A stretch of DNA of 63,894 bases, the filler included, from Octopus bimaculoides (taxonomy: Eukaryota): assembly GCF_001194135.2 (NCBI RefSeq). It is 5 parts of 4 records of this genome, joined end to end, with 100 filler letters (N's around TTAATTAATTAA, not from the genome) between each part and the next. Parts side by side here need not be neighbours in the genome. Positions count along the whole stretch, not along the records: positions 1 to 8,165 come from NC_068982.1; positions 8,266 to 24,561 come from NC_068985.1; 3 more parts are not named here. The stretch is one strand, 5' to 3'. Position 1 is the stretch's first letter; each line of letters begins with the position of its first letter. Shown in pieces: positions 1 through 12,225 of the stretch. The notes beneath the pieces are model-generated. The model had not been told where the DNA came from, did no database searches, and was given only the letters and a program-made list of their open reading frames with translations. A program made the position numbers and the translations under genes.

Positions 1-20
1 GAGAGAGAGTGTGTGTGTTT

Positions 21-53
<33 letters not shown>

Positions 54-350
54 CGCCTGTGTATCTGAAAGGAATGTCAATGGAAAAGAGAAGGAAAGAA
101 AGAAGGAAGGGAGAAACAAGAAAAAAATATGTTTACATCTATACAGCTGGTCAGTTCTTTCAATAGAAGATGACAAGTTGATTCTTGGTTTAAAAATGGT
201 AAAACCAGGTGGCTACTCTAAGTGGGGTCTGTTTTGATGAGGAATAATAAAAGTTATTTTTCAAAAAATTGTCTGGACTTATCATCATCATCACTGTCCA
301 GTGAGAGGAAGTGTGTGTGTTTTTTTGTGTGTATGTGTGTATGTGTGTGC

Positions 351-382
<32 letters not shown>

Positions 383-567
383 CAGTGTATCTGAAAGGAG
401 TGTCAATGGAAAAGAGAAGGAAAGAAAGAAGGAAGAAAGAAAGAAGAAAAATGTGTTTACATCTATACAGCTGGTCAGTTCTTTCAATAAAAGATGGTAA
501 GTTGGTTTATAAAAGATATTTTTGAAAAAATTGTCTGAACTTATTATCATCATCATCATCCTTGTCC
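1..567. repeat. Local tandem duplication of a ~270-300 bp unit containing (GT)n
   Basis: GTGTATCTGAAAGGA.TGTCAATGGAAAAGAGAAGG...TTTACATCTATACAGCTGGTCAGTTCTTTCAATA...AAAAAATTGTCTG.ACTTAT.ATCATCATC occurs at ~58-298 and ~385-567; the second copy lacks ~70 bp. Confidence 0.85.
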
Positions 568-1128
568 GATGCTTGATTCCCATGCTAGTATGGGTTGGAA
601 AGTCTGGATGCGAGAATGTTTCTATTTATGTATATACACATATATGTATAGTTATTTCCAGTTTCTTTATATTTGGTATTTCAATGTCATAACACGATTA
701 TTATTGTCTTTGGCACACAAACTGTCTAGTGTCTGCACCTCCACACATTTTGTTAAACCTTCATTGTCTACACTTGACTAAGGTTTTGTCACAGCTAATT
801 GTTTTGTTTGTACAGAATTCAAAGAGCTGGTCAGATTCCTTCTTTTCTACTTTTATGGAGTTGAGATTACATTGTAAATATCTTCTTTATATAGGTGTGT
901 TTGTATTTGTGTATCATAGACAAGGATTTGGTTATTCTCTCTATTATAAGAACCTAAATTACATAATATCTACACATGTTCCACTTGTGTATACAATACT
1001 GTCATGTGGTAATTGTTACATAGATGATTGCATAATCACCTTAGAAGACCAGCTCCCCAAAAGAAAATAGTAACTTAATTGATTGTTTGTTACCAACCTC
1101 AGTTGGTGGGCAGAACAAAATGTGAGCT

Positions 1129-1325
1129 ACCATCATCATCATCATCATTTAACGTCTGTCTTCTATGTTGGCATGGTTGGATAGTTTTGCCAGGCTCCAT
1201 TGTTTGCTTTGGCATGGTTTCTACGGCTGGAGGCTCTTCCTACTGTCGACCACTTTACAAAGTGTACTGGGTATTTTTTATGTGACATCAGAACTGGAGC
1301 TTTTTACATGGCACTGACACCAGCG
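1129..1325 (-). mobile_element. Probable 3' tail of an RTE-type retroposon ending in (GAT)n
   Basis: (CAT)n followed by ...TTTCTACGGCTGGAGGCTCTTCCTA...; on the minus strand this resembles RTE-type 3' UTR motifs with a GAT tail. Recognised by pattern only. Confidence 0.4.
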
Positions 1326-1704
1326 GAGTCACCAAGTAGCTTACAAGATGAAGACTCCCCAGCTAGGAGAGGGAGTGGAACCATGGGAAGTGGTTTTGTG
1401 TTAGGTGAGAGGTTAGAGTATAATAGAGGGATAAAGATAAGTGTCTTACTATAGCAGAAAAATCTTGGCTACCTCAGTAGGAAAAGAAAGAAGAGGTGAT
1501 GGAGCAAAAGATAGAGAGACAGTCAGAGTGAGAAAGAAAGAGATAGATGGTGTTGGAGATGCATTGAGACCTACTCACAGGAACAGTGGGGTTGTGGAGT
1601 ATAAGTGATGGGGATGTTCCATAAGAGTGTGCACAGACTTCAAGAAAACCAACAATGCACCAGCATATGTAAGCATATGCTATATACATCTATTATATTT
1701 TATA

Positions 1705-2100
1705 TTTTACATGTTTCAGTCATTAGACTGTGGTCATGCTGGGGCACCACCTTGAAAAATTTTTAGTCAAACAACCTAACCCCCAAATTTTTATTTTTAA
1801 GCCTGGTGTTTATTTTATTGATCTCTTTTGCTGAACTGCTAATTTACAGGGACATAAACACCAACACCGGTTGTCAAGTGGTGGTGGGTGACAAATACAG
1901 ACACAAAGACAGACAAACAGACACAGACACACACACATATGGTGAGGTTATTTTCAGTTTCCATCTAACAAATCCACTCACAAGGCTTTGGTCAGCCGAA
2001 GGCTATAGTAAAAGACACTTGCCCAAGGTGCCATGCAGTGGGACTGAACCCAGAAACATGAGGTTGGGAATCAATCTTCTTACCACACAGCCACTCCTGT
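1705..2100 (-). mobile_element. tRNA-derived SINE family A (octopus OR/CORE-like), CpG-decayed copy
   Basis: Reverse complement of the 3866-4273 copy: ACAAGGCTTTGGTCAGCCGAAGGCTATAGTAAAAGACACTTGCCCAAGGTGCCATGCAGTGGGACTGAACC. Confidence 0.85.
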
Positions 2101-2730
2101 ATGCATACGAAATGAAAACACATGTACACACACACTCAGTTCACTCTTGCCAACATAATGTGTTGCTTGCCTTTCCACCAAATGTCCAGTCATTTCAAAC
2201 ACAGCTTGATGTACAACATCCATCTATCGATCCAGCTATCCCTTCTTTCTTTGTATCAGAAAACTTAAGCTTAAAATGTCAAAGACCAGTTTATTTGTAT
2301 TTCTTTAACGCCAACGATACTTTGACGATAAATGATACTTTGTTTCCATCTTCTACTTTCTTGTTTTTCTATTTGTTTGTCATCAATGTTCTACCTTGGT
2401 TGGATCTCCTTACTCTAAATATATAAGACTGCAGGCCAGAGAACCCTAATGGATGAAAGTACTTCTTTTTGCCAGTCTGAGTAATCTAGGGCCTGAGTGG
2501 AAGTGGAGTTCTCTGACTGACTTCCTCTGGGGATCCACCAATTGAGATTTTTAAGTTTATCACCTTTAAAACTACTGTTTTTTTAAGCTTATTTTCTCAC
2601 AATCAAATCTATGTAACTTGCACCTAACCATTTTAGTAATTTGTCCTCGTGGTGTCTCCTTATCTATTGACCTTGTGGCAAATAATGAAACAGTCATTAT
2701 CATTATTATTACTATTATTGTTATTATTTA

Positions 2731-2942
2731 AGGTGGTAAGCTGGCAGAACCCTTAGCATGCTGGGCAAAATGCTTTATGGCATTTCATCTGTCTTTACAT
2801 CCTGAGTTCAAATCCACTGAATTTGAATTTGACTTTCATCCTTTAAGCGTCGATAAAATAAGTACCAGTCAAGTATTGAGGTAAATGTAATAAACTAGCT
2901 CTTACTCCCAAATTTCAGGCCTTGTACCCATAGTAGAAAGGA
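2731..2942 (+). mobile_element. tRNA-derived SINE family B, CpG-decayed, with (ATT)n tail
   Basis: GGTGGTAAGCTGGCAGAA...CTGAGTTCAAAT...CATCCTTT...GATAAAATAAGTACCAG...AATTTCAGGCCTTGT; homologous to copies at 12014 and 42264. Confidence 0.85.
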
Positions 2943-3865
2943 TTATTATTATTATTATTATTATTATGATTATTATTATTGTTATTATTAACAAAATATT
3001 TTTCTCAACATGTTGTCCTCCTTAAAACTAAGACATATTTTGATAATCTGCTGATACACACAGGGGCAGATGGATTTCTGAAGTATTTTGTGTTATGTTG
3101 TTTACACAATGTTTCCATGTATTCATAGTTTTGGATTTATTTCCAGTAGATTGTTTATTTTATATTGGATCCACATTATCTATTCATAGAAACAGTTAGT
3201 CTTTGGTAAATAATATTTTTCAACAAGATTTTCATGTTAACATTAATATATAAAGATAGTAAATATAGTGAATACCAAAACATTTCTTTTAATATAAGCT
3301 TTTTAGAATAACAATACACACCCATGAATAATTCTAAATAAAATGAAATCTCATATACATTTGAAATATTCCCAGATTCACAGAAATAGTTAACAGTAGG
3401 AGGGTACTCTTTTAATGAACTGGGAACTAAGAACTGTTCAGATCTTAGATGTAGCAGATAGTTTCCATTGCTTAGATGAAAATAATTAGTATTGGAGCAT
3501 GTTATGATAAAAGTATTATAGTGGAGTGAAAGTAACTACAGAGAAAAAAAAAAAGAGAAAGAAAAATGGGTGGATAGAAGTTCAGATTTGTTGAATCTAT
3601 TGGCAACAAACCATTGCATACATTTATACGCACCATGATAATAGACTTTGCTTCCATATTTGTAATATCTTTTCTAATAATCCAAGAGATTAATCGACAA
3701 TAACAAGGTCATGTGCATACAAGAGTCCCCACAAGCAGCCAGTCTTAAACTCTTCTGTTACAACTTGAAGAAGTATAATAAACAGGAGGCAACTGAGGAC
3801 TCATGGTCAACTATCTCACTGGATCTTTTTGTTGCTAGCTCATGCCTTGTTGACAATATCTGTGG

Positions 3866-4033
3866 ACAGGAGTGGCTGTAAGGTAAGTAGCTTGCTTACC
3901 AACCACATGGTTCCAGGTTCATTCCCACTGCATGGCACCTTGGGCAAGTGTCTTCTACTATAGCCTCGGGCCGACCAAAGCCTTGTGAGTGGATTCGGTA
4001 GACGGAAACTGAAAGAAGCCCGTCGTATATGTG

Positions 4034-4064
<31 letters not shown>

Positions 4065-4273
4065 GTTTGTATGTCTGTGTTTGTCCCCCCAACATCGCTT
4101 GACAACCGATGCTGGTGTGTTTATGTCCCCGTAACTTAGCGGTTCGGCAAAAGAGACCGATAGAATAAGTACTAGACATCCAAAGAATAAGTCCTGGGGT
4201 CGATTTGCTCGACTAAAGGTGGTGCTCCAGTATGGCCGCAGTCAAATGACTGAAACAAGTAAAAGAGTAAGAG
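3866..4273 (+). mobile_element. Full-length tRNA-derived SINE family A (octopus OR/CORE-like) with internal microsatellite
   Basis: A-box-like TGGCTGTAAGG and B-box-like GGTTCATTCCC, CORE-like CACCTTGGGCAAGTGTCTT, internal (TA)/(TG)n, tail ...GCCGCAGTCAAATGACTGAAACAAGTAAAAGAG; at least five other copies or fragments in the window. Confidence 0.9.
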
Positions 4274-4579
4274 TATCTACATCTAGTTTGGTTATTGACC
4301 ACCAGACTACAGAGCATAGTACCCGGTCAAATACATTCCTTAGGTGAATGAGTGTTAGCTATAGTGACTTGCAATTAACTAAGAATTTCTCCTGTAGTTG
4401 TCTCACTAGAAAGGAGGAAATGATGGTACTCCATCCTGGTATGAGCCTAAACAGCATATAATCTAATCCAAATCTATACTTAATCTGTTATGCTATAATT
4501 ATTTCGGTTATTTATGTTATTTGGTCTTTCTGTCTGATACCTCTGTATTTGCTTTTCTTTTTTGCATCTCTTATACACC

Positions 4580-4800
4580 TGCAGCAGTTGATTATACTGC
4601 TTTACCAGTCACTGGGGATGATCCCTTCCTTTACAATCTGATTGACTAAAAGAGTAAGTAGCGAGTGTCCAATTTAGCGAGAATATTTTCGATGTCTCTG
4701 CAATTATTGTTAATAATGCAGCTGTTTTGCATGCTTTCAGATGTGTAGTTGCATTTTTGACCATGTAACTTTCAACTCCAGTAGCTGGTTGTCGTCTAAG
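4580..4800 (-). mobile_element. Degraded fragment of LINE (RTE-like) reverse transcriptase N-terminal region
   Basis: Minus strand across a frameshift: VESYMVKNATTHLKACKTAALLTIIAETSK.../GHSLLTLLVNQIVKEGIIPSDW*SSIIINC, matching the K(A/S)xGPxGxxAEMLK...IPxDWxxSII pre-RT consensus. Confidence 0.65.
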
Positions 4801-5036
4801 GCCATACTGACTACTAGTTTGTGTTGAATGGTACATTCTTTGCAGAGGAAGGACTTAGTATTCACAATCAACTATCTATTCCACTCTTATGTGAATATGA
4901 AATCCACCTTGCTTACCTGTCCATCTGATTGGTAGGTGACCAAGTGACTGGCTGTTTCACTGAAGTTTGGGTTTGGTCACTTGCATCACAAAACTCGAAA
5001 GGCCTTGTATATGTACTGGTTTCAAATTTTGGCTCA

Positions 5037-5229
5037 AGGCCAACAAATTTGTGGGAGGAGTAAGTCGATTAGATCAACCCCAGTTTTCAATTGATGCATA
5101 TCTCATCAGCCCCAGAAGGATGAAATACAAAGTTGGGCTCAACAGAATTTGAACTCAATGTCAAGACAGACGAAATTCCACATAGCATTTTGCCTGGCAG
5201 ACTAAACAATTCTGCCAGCTTGCCTTCTT
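5037..5229 (-). mobile_element. SINE family B
   Basis: GAAGGATGAAA...AATTTGAACTCA...AATTCTGCCAGCTTGCC is the reverse complement of the family B head and body. Confidence 0.8.
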
Positions 5230-6793
5230 AGCCTTGTGTGTGTGTATGTGTGTGTGTTTTAACAGCCTCAAAGGCTCTGCACAACATATCTTTTAGAGTC
5301 CTCAATTGTTATAACAAAGTGCTATTCATTACTGAGTATGACTGTAACATGACCTCGTTGAAATGATCCTGTTTCTCACATGCCAGTCCTGATTATAATG
5401 TTACTTTTGTGTTGTCTATGACTCGTTTAAGCTTATTTAGACTGACTGATTTAATTACTTCATCTATTTCTCTGTCAAAAGGTATGTCTGCTCCATACAT
5501 CTGAGCACTGTTATGCAATGAAAAAAAATTATGCCTATATTCCCCATAATAAAAAGACTAACCGAGGCCCATTATCATCTTGACTCGTGCACACAGCACA
5601 CATCTAATCATTTCTGTGTTAACAGCTCTTCAATCATTTTAGGTCTATTGTTTGTCATATAAACACTGGTGGAGACAGCAATGAAGTTTTCTGCCTGATA
5701 AGAAAAGAAATATTGGCTGTTATTTAATATCCATTTTCTGCACTTAAATAGAATCACACGTTGACGACAACTGCATTTCTGTCAACAAGACTAACAGGGT
5801 AGGTGGTAATTCTGTATCCACATTTAGGGGCTTCCATTGTATTTTGCAATTGACATAATTTGAGCATGGGTGTTTATTGCCTGTGTACCTTTCTTACTAT
5901 CAGCCCCCCCCCCCTTCTCTCTCTCTATATATATGTGTGTGTGTGTGTGCTGGAAAATGTATGAAAACCTTGGTACAGTTAGGTATATTTGAAAAAGAAA
6001 AAGAATGGCTTCACTGGTAGTTCTAATCAATTTAATTTCTTAATAATATGATTTTACGCATGCACATACGCACACACACTCACACACACATGCAGTGAAG
6101 TAAATGATAAACAACATTAAATATATAATTACAAAGTTGCAATACATTATCAATTTAAAAGCTGTGTTTACCCTAATCATCTGGAATGTTGCATTACGTT
6201 AATCTATGTTTTTTATACACGCATACTTAGCAGGGATTATATTTGAAACCCTGTCAGCTCAGTAACAGAAAATAGGCCTCAGCATATCAGGTGACTTGCC
6301 TGAATTTTGAACAATAATATTTCAGTTGCAATCATATGACTGAATAGAAATTTCCATGGTTTCCTGTTAAAAAAATTGCTATAGATTGAGATGTGTGCCA
6401 CAATCAGTCCAAAGAGAAGCAGAGGCAACAGAGGTCTATGAAAAGAAACTTTTGCTGCAGAATTTTCTTGCATCTCACATCATGAAGATATAGCTGTCTT
6501 TCCAAGGTAGTATGGAATCGGATCTCTAGTGATAAATGCTTATCTAGATATTTATGGCATATGATTTACTCTTGGCAAAAATGCCTCAGTATATTTTTCT
6601 ATGTAAATAAATGGTTTCATCGAAAATTTCAAATGAACTTGGCTGACATAAGGGTAACAACATGCAGCCAAAATCAGCACTACCCATTCAATCATTTGAC
6701 AGACACAGATACACATACATATATATATATACATAGTGTATACTTACACAGGTTTGTAAGTAATGATCAAGAAAAGAAGCACTCAATCTAAAC

Positions 6794-7118
6794 CAGTGGG
6801 TCCCAACCATTTTTCTGTATCTATGGACCCCTTTGATTGCTATTTTATGCTGATGGATCTCTAAAACCATTTGATGTTTATAAACTACTTTTATAGAAAC
6901 TTCTTCCAAAATTTCTATTTTGCTTTGTACACATTAACCTGTGTAGGTTGGATTATGTGAAATGTTAGAGAAAGAAAGTGAGCTGTTTTTTTACAATAAA
7001 CATACCTGAAGCAAAATTTTTTCAGGGCCCTTAATATATTACTGTGGGCCCCCAGTTTATTATTTTGCTTGTGTGGATCCCTTCAAAATCTTATATGGAC
7101 CCTGGTTGAGAACCATTG
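6794..7118. mobile_element. Non-autonomous hAT (Charlie-like) MITE
   Basis: TIRs CAGTGGGTCCCAACC (6794) and GGTTGAGAACCATTG (ends 7118); exact 8-bp TSD ATCTAAAC at 6786-6793 and 7119-7126. Confidence 0.9.
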
Positions 7119-7783
7119 ATCTAAACCTAGATAACATTAGTTTGTTTGGATCAACTTAGTGGCTTGTTACTACATAGTTTCTGGAGCATGGTTTGTTTTT
7201 TTCTTTTTGGTCTTCACTGGTTGCATTTTCTATAGCTGGCTAGTACTTAACACTTTGGTTGTAGAGATGTGTTTAGATGGTTGTATTTTGTTTTGGTGTG
7301 TTTATATTTGCTGAGTTTATGAAGTAATTTTTTATGTTGCCTATAATGAGATTTTGCAGGTATAGTAAACAAATTAACAACAAAGGGGCCATACCCACAC
7401 CAATGCCTGCATGTAAATGAATAACTATACGAATTTGTGCCAGTTCTCACCTTAAGATTGCAAAGGTGTGAAACTCAAGTCACATGACAGTGTTAGTTTG
7501 AATAAACTACACATGCATGAACATGCACAGATGTACATAGAAACATGTGCATATACACACACACACACACTCAGACAGATATATATGAATGTTTGTTTAT
7601 ATCTATATATCTAGGCATGCATACGTGTTTATATGAAAGCAAATATTTATTCTCTATATATTGTGATTAATTCATTTTTTCTGCTCTCTTATACTTGTTG
7701 TTCAGTTGATTTTAAATGAAATTGTTTCTGAATATGGTAAGACAGGCTGTTGTCAGGTGTTAATCAACCATCTTTATTGTAGA

Positions 7784-8165
7784 CTAGCAGAAATACCGGG
7801 CGTTGCCCGGGTTAAAGAGAATAATGAAATCTAAAAACGCTGTCTAGACTACGCATCATCTTTATATATAGAGATGTATATACACACGTATATATATGTA
7901 TATCAATATAAATATATGAAAGTCAATGAAGTTTTGTAAAAGAAGGTGATCATGTACATACTTTCTTGCTGTTGTGATTATAACACCTCGTTGTAAACAA
8001 TGTTCCTTGTTTTCCCTTGTGGGGCATATACAAATAGGTTTTTTTTTTTGCTGCCCACTCTTGAGCAGCCAACATACAGTTGTCCATGTGAGAAGCAGGG
8101 CTCTTCCAAGAGAAGACCAGCTACAGACAGTGTTTGACCCTGAGATTTGTTTATGGACATGGCAA
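7784..8165 (-). mobile_element. Helitron 3' end, truncated by an assembly gap
   Basis: ORF 7978-8160(-) SINKSQGQTLSVAGLLLEEPCFSHGQLYVGCSRVGS...TRNIVYNEVL is a PIF1-type helicase C-terminus; subterminal hairpin CCGGGC-GTT-GCCCGG at 7796-7810; terminal CTAG at 7784-7787 followed by T on the minus strand. Confidence 0.92.
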
Positions 8166-8265
8166 NNNNNNNNNNNNNNNNNNNNNNNNNNNNNNNNNNN
8201 NNNNNNNNNTTAATTAATTAANNNNNNNNNNNNNNNNNNNNNNNNNNNNNNNNNNNNNNNNNNNN
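8166..8265. other. Assembly gap marker N44-TTAATTAATTAA-N44 (also 24562-24661, 50728-50827, 58060-58159)
   Basis: Identical 100-bp layout four times; TTAATTAATTAA puts stop codons in all six frames. Confidence 0.95.
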
Positions 8266-8434
8266 ATATATATATATATATATATATACATACATATCCA
8301 TATACATATACATAATGTATATTCATATATATATGTATATATGTTTGTATACGTATGTATTTATGTCTATCTTTCTATCTATATTTTCTCTACATTAATA
8401 GAAAAAGCAGAGACACAGACAGACATACAGACAT

Positions 8435-8475
<41 letters not shown>

Positions 8476-8744
8476 GAGACCTATTATGACAAACAAAATC
8501 ATGAACTATAACACCGGGGGAATTTTTGAAGACGAGATTATCAAGGTATAGTTTGGATTATATTTGAAGTTTAAAATGTAATATTGGAGGATGTGCTCCC
8601 ACTCTGAATTGTTTTTTTTTCTTCTTTTTTCTTTTTCTTTTTCCAGAACGTTAAAGCTAACAAGGTAGCTTGGTTTTCATGGCAAATAAATACCCGAAAA
8701 TAGAATGACACTCTGAACGGAACGCCAGGTCATTACAGGGATCG

Positions 8745-8940
8745 CGGCTTGCAATTCTTGACAGAAGGGGTTAAAGATTACATCGATGCTAGTACTTGAC
8801 GCGTACTTTATGTTATCCACTCCAAAGGGATGAAAGGCGAAGCAATTCAAAGTATTTGAGCTTGGCATTTAAAAGTTGGAAGAAATGCCAACAAATACTT
8901 TGTACATCGTGCTAAATTTTCTGGTTGCCTGCCGCCTTGT
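8745..8940 (-). mobile_element. SINE family B, degraded
   Basis: TTACATCGATGCTAGTACTTGAC...AAAGGGATGAAAGGCGAAG...CCTGCCGCCTT. Confidence 0.65.
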
Positions 8941-9344
8941 TTGCTGGTAATATTAGACATTAGTCTATTATATTAAAAGCTGAGTAACCAGTTCTATTAT
9001 AATTAACTTTAGTAAAACCAGATTAATGAAACCTGACAAATTATTGATTTAAATGTAAAATGTATGTTGCTGGCTTAATAATTAAATCATTCTGTATAAT
9101 GATAGGCAATTAATACTAATTAGAATTAGATAGTTATATCACTCTATTGGGTTGGAACAATCTCGACTGTCAATTCTACGTTTATCAGTAACGATAGTAC
9201 AGCTTTTATGCGACAGCATTAAGTTGCAAAACTATAATATATAAATATCAGCTACTGTTTCTTGGAAAATACAATCCTAGTTACTAACAAACAATTTCTT
9301 GCTCAAGTGATTCCTTTCTTGTAAACAGAAATTTTAAAATCATT

Positions 9345-9955
9345 TTTCTTGTACTTGTTTCAGTCTTTAGACTACGGCAATGATGGGGCACAGTCTTGAA
9401 GAGCTTTGGTCAAAAGAATCGCCGCCAGTATATATTTTTTTACATCCTGGTACTTATTCGACTTTACAGTTCTATATTTAAAAGATGAGGAATTATGTAA
9501 ATTATTTACATTTGATGCATATTTGTCCTCATCTTGTTTGTTGTTAGCACATTTCAGCTAATATACTCTTCAGCCTTCGTCAGGTGTCGTAGATAAATTT
9601 CGACTTTGTTGATCTGCTAAGTAATGAGGGCTTAAGTACACCGACACCAGTTGTTAAATGGTGGTGGGGAACAAACATAGAGGCAGACACTCACAGACAC
9701 AGGGACACGCAGACACACACATACAAACATACACACAGAAACACACACACACACACACACATTTTTTTTATATATCTATAAATTCATATAGGACTGGGTA
9801 CTTTCAATTTCCGTCTACCAATTCCGTTCACAGAGTTTTTGCCGGTCCGATGTTTTCGTGCAAGACACTCATCGAAATTTGTATGAAACGGGACAAAAAC
9901 TGGAACCATTTGGTTGAGAAGCAAAATTCTTGCCAAACTACCAGTTCTTTGCCTC
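9345..9955 (-). mobile_element. SINE family A, degraded, with internal (CA)n
   Basis: TACTTGTTTCAGTC...GTGGTGGGGAACAAACA...(CA)n...TTTCCGTCTACCAA...CAAGACACTC...GAACCATTTGGTTGAGAAGC. Confidence 0.75.
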
Positions 9956-10562
9956 TTTATTGGACACCATGCAAATGCAGAGAGCCAGATGCTCAAATTT
10001 CGGTTGAATGTTATGTCCCTTGGAGATAACTGACCCCTTTTTAGATGGGTATGAGTTTCTTAAAATGTTACCTATTTTGAAATGTTAGAGCATACAAGTC
10101 TTGAATGTTTCAAATTTGCTATGACTTCAAAATCAGACTTATTGCAATGTGTGTGCGTGTGTCTTCAAATTTAGATCTAGAGAGCTGAACAAGAAATATA
10201 AACAGTTTTCTAAAATTGTCTACAAATGTTTGATGAATATTGGAGTAGAAGAGGACAACACATCAAAACATGTTTTGTTCAGAAGTCACGAGTGTAAACA
10301 CGGAACTAAATTGTATAACAATGGCAAACTAACAGAATTGTTGAAAGATGAGTTATTCACTACTCTAGTAATATAATTGACAGGATTATATTATATTCAA
10401 GGAAATGTCATAAGATTTTTTTATTGAAATGTTGTAGTCTATTGTTGACCTCAATTATAGAGTATTTAAAAGGCGCTAATTGTCATGGGGTAATAAACAC
10501 ACATATATACACACACACACGTACACGCACACGCACACGCACACACATACATAAATACATAC

Positions 10563-10606
<44 letters not shown>

Positions 10607-11179
10607 GCGTGTGCGTGTGCGTGTATGTGCGTGTGTGTGTGTATGTTTGTGCGCGTGTATGTGTGTGTGTATTTGTTTATATGTATATATAAAAGATATA
10701 AATGAGTCTATGCATTCGGTCTCGGGACGTATATGTGTGTGCATGAATATATAATTATGTTTGTGATTTAGAAGCCCATTGTGGTTTTAATACCAGGCTG
10801 CACCTACACAATAAGCTGTTCAATAGCATTCTCTAATTTTCATTTCAGTTTTTCCCGGGTCTACGATAATATTTACTAAATGATGCGGACGTTTCTAAAC
10901 GACTACAACAATGCTACTTGATTATTATCAATTCATATTGCTGTATGTCTAATAGTGTCTAAAATATGGCCGACCTTTATCGTTGTGGAAATTCTCATTT
11001 CATTATCCCATGAAGAAAATTCGACCGAGGTGCCTTTGAACAGGGTACATAGTTTCGTTTTGTGTTAGCAATGCAATTTTAGACAGCAGTATAAGTATAC
11101 AAAATTGTTGGTGAGATCTTGATGGTTGGTAGCTTTAGTTTTAGCGTAGATTACGCTACTATGGTGTATATTGTAAGCG

Positions 11180-11556
11180 TGGAGGGGCAATGACGCAGTG
11201 GTTAGGGCAGCAGACTCGCGGTCGTAGGATCGCGGTTTCGATTCCCAGACCGGCGTTGTGGATATTTATTGAGCAAAAATACCTAATGATCATCGAAGCT
11301 CCAGCAGTGGGTGGTGGCGAACCCTGCTGTTCTCTTCACCACAGCTTCCTCTCACTCTTTCTTCCTGTTTCTCTTGTATTTGTATTTCAATGACCAGCAT
11401 TGTCACACTCTGTCACGCTGAATCTTCCCGAAAACTACATTAATGGTACACGTGTCTGTGGACTGCTGAGCCACTTGTAAGTTATTTTCACGAGCAGACT
11501 CTTCCGTTGATTGCATCAACTGGAACCCTCGTCGTCTTAACCGATGTAGTGCCGTA
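11180..11556 (+). mobile_element. tRNA-derived SINE family C
   Basis: A box TGACGCAGTGG and B box GGTTTCGATTCC; 3' part ...TTCCGTTGATTGCATCAACTGGAACCCTCGTCGTCTTAACCGA; inverted homolog at 15294-15666. Confidence 0.85.
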
Positions 11557-12013
11557 ATAATATGATAAGGCAATCATATTGTCTAAAGATATCACCACGA
11601 CACTGGGCGACTTCAGCACAGAAACTTCTCTCCGACAGAAACAGCACTGAAATAGACTCAAATATATTACAAAACATTTATTGGGTAGTTAATACGTATA
11701 AAAGAAACAAATATGGGAGATAATCATTTCTAGATAAATGCTGATAGAATTAAGGTCAGAATTTAAATCAAAACCATAGTGGAAGATGGATAGAATATAC
11801 TTATTTAATGTTTTCTTTGTTGTATTTTTACTCATCTTAAAACGTTTCATCTTATGTAATAGTTTAGAGCTCTGTCTCATTCTTACTTCAAATCGGCGGC
11901 AATTAAATTAAATTAAAGTAAAGTAAACAGAGTATAAAATCCCATAGGATAATAATTAGTGGATTAATTTTGAACGTTATCTGTATATTAAAGTTATTTC
12001 TAATAACCTAATA

Positions 12014-12225
12014 CGGCGACCTGGCAGACTCGTTAACAGGCTGGGTGAAATGCTTAGCGTTAATTCGTCTGCTGCTATGTTCTGAGTTCAAATTCCGACG
12101 AGGTCGACTTTCCCTTTAATCATTTCGGGGTCGATAAATTAAGGACCAATGAAGCACAGGGGTAGATACAATCGACAAGCACCTACCCCACAAATTTCAG
12201 GCCTTGTGCCTTTAGAAGAAACGAA
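12014..12225 (+). mobile_element. SINE family B, retaining CpGs
   Basis: GGCGACCTGGCAGACTCGTTA...GTTCAAATTCCGACGAGGTCGAC...TTCGGGGTCGATAAATTAAG...AATTTCAGGCCTTGTGCC. Confidence 0.85.

Noticed and set aside
4585-4653. Apparent terminal exon (NAGNAG acceptor, VDYTALPVTGDDPFLYNLID*, GTAAGT)
   Set aside because: The opposite strand is a recognisable LINE RT fragment (IVKEGIIPSDW), which explains the coding-like composition
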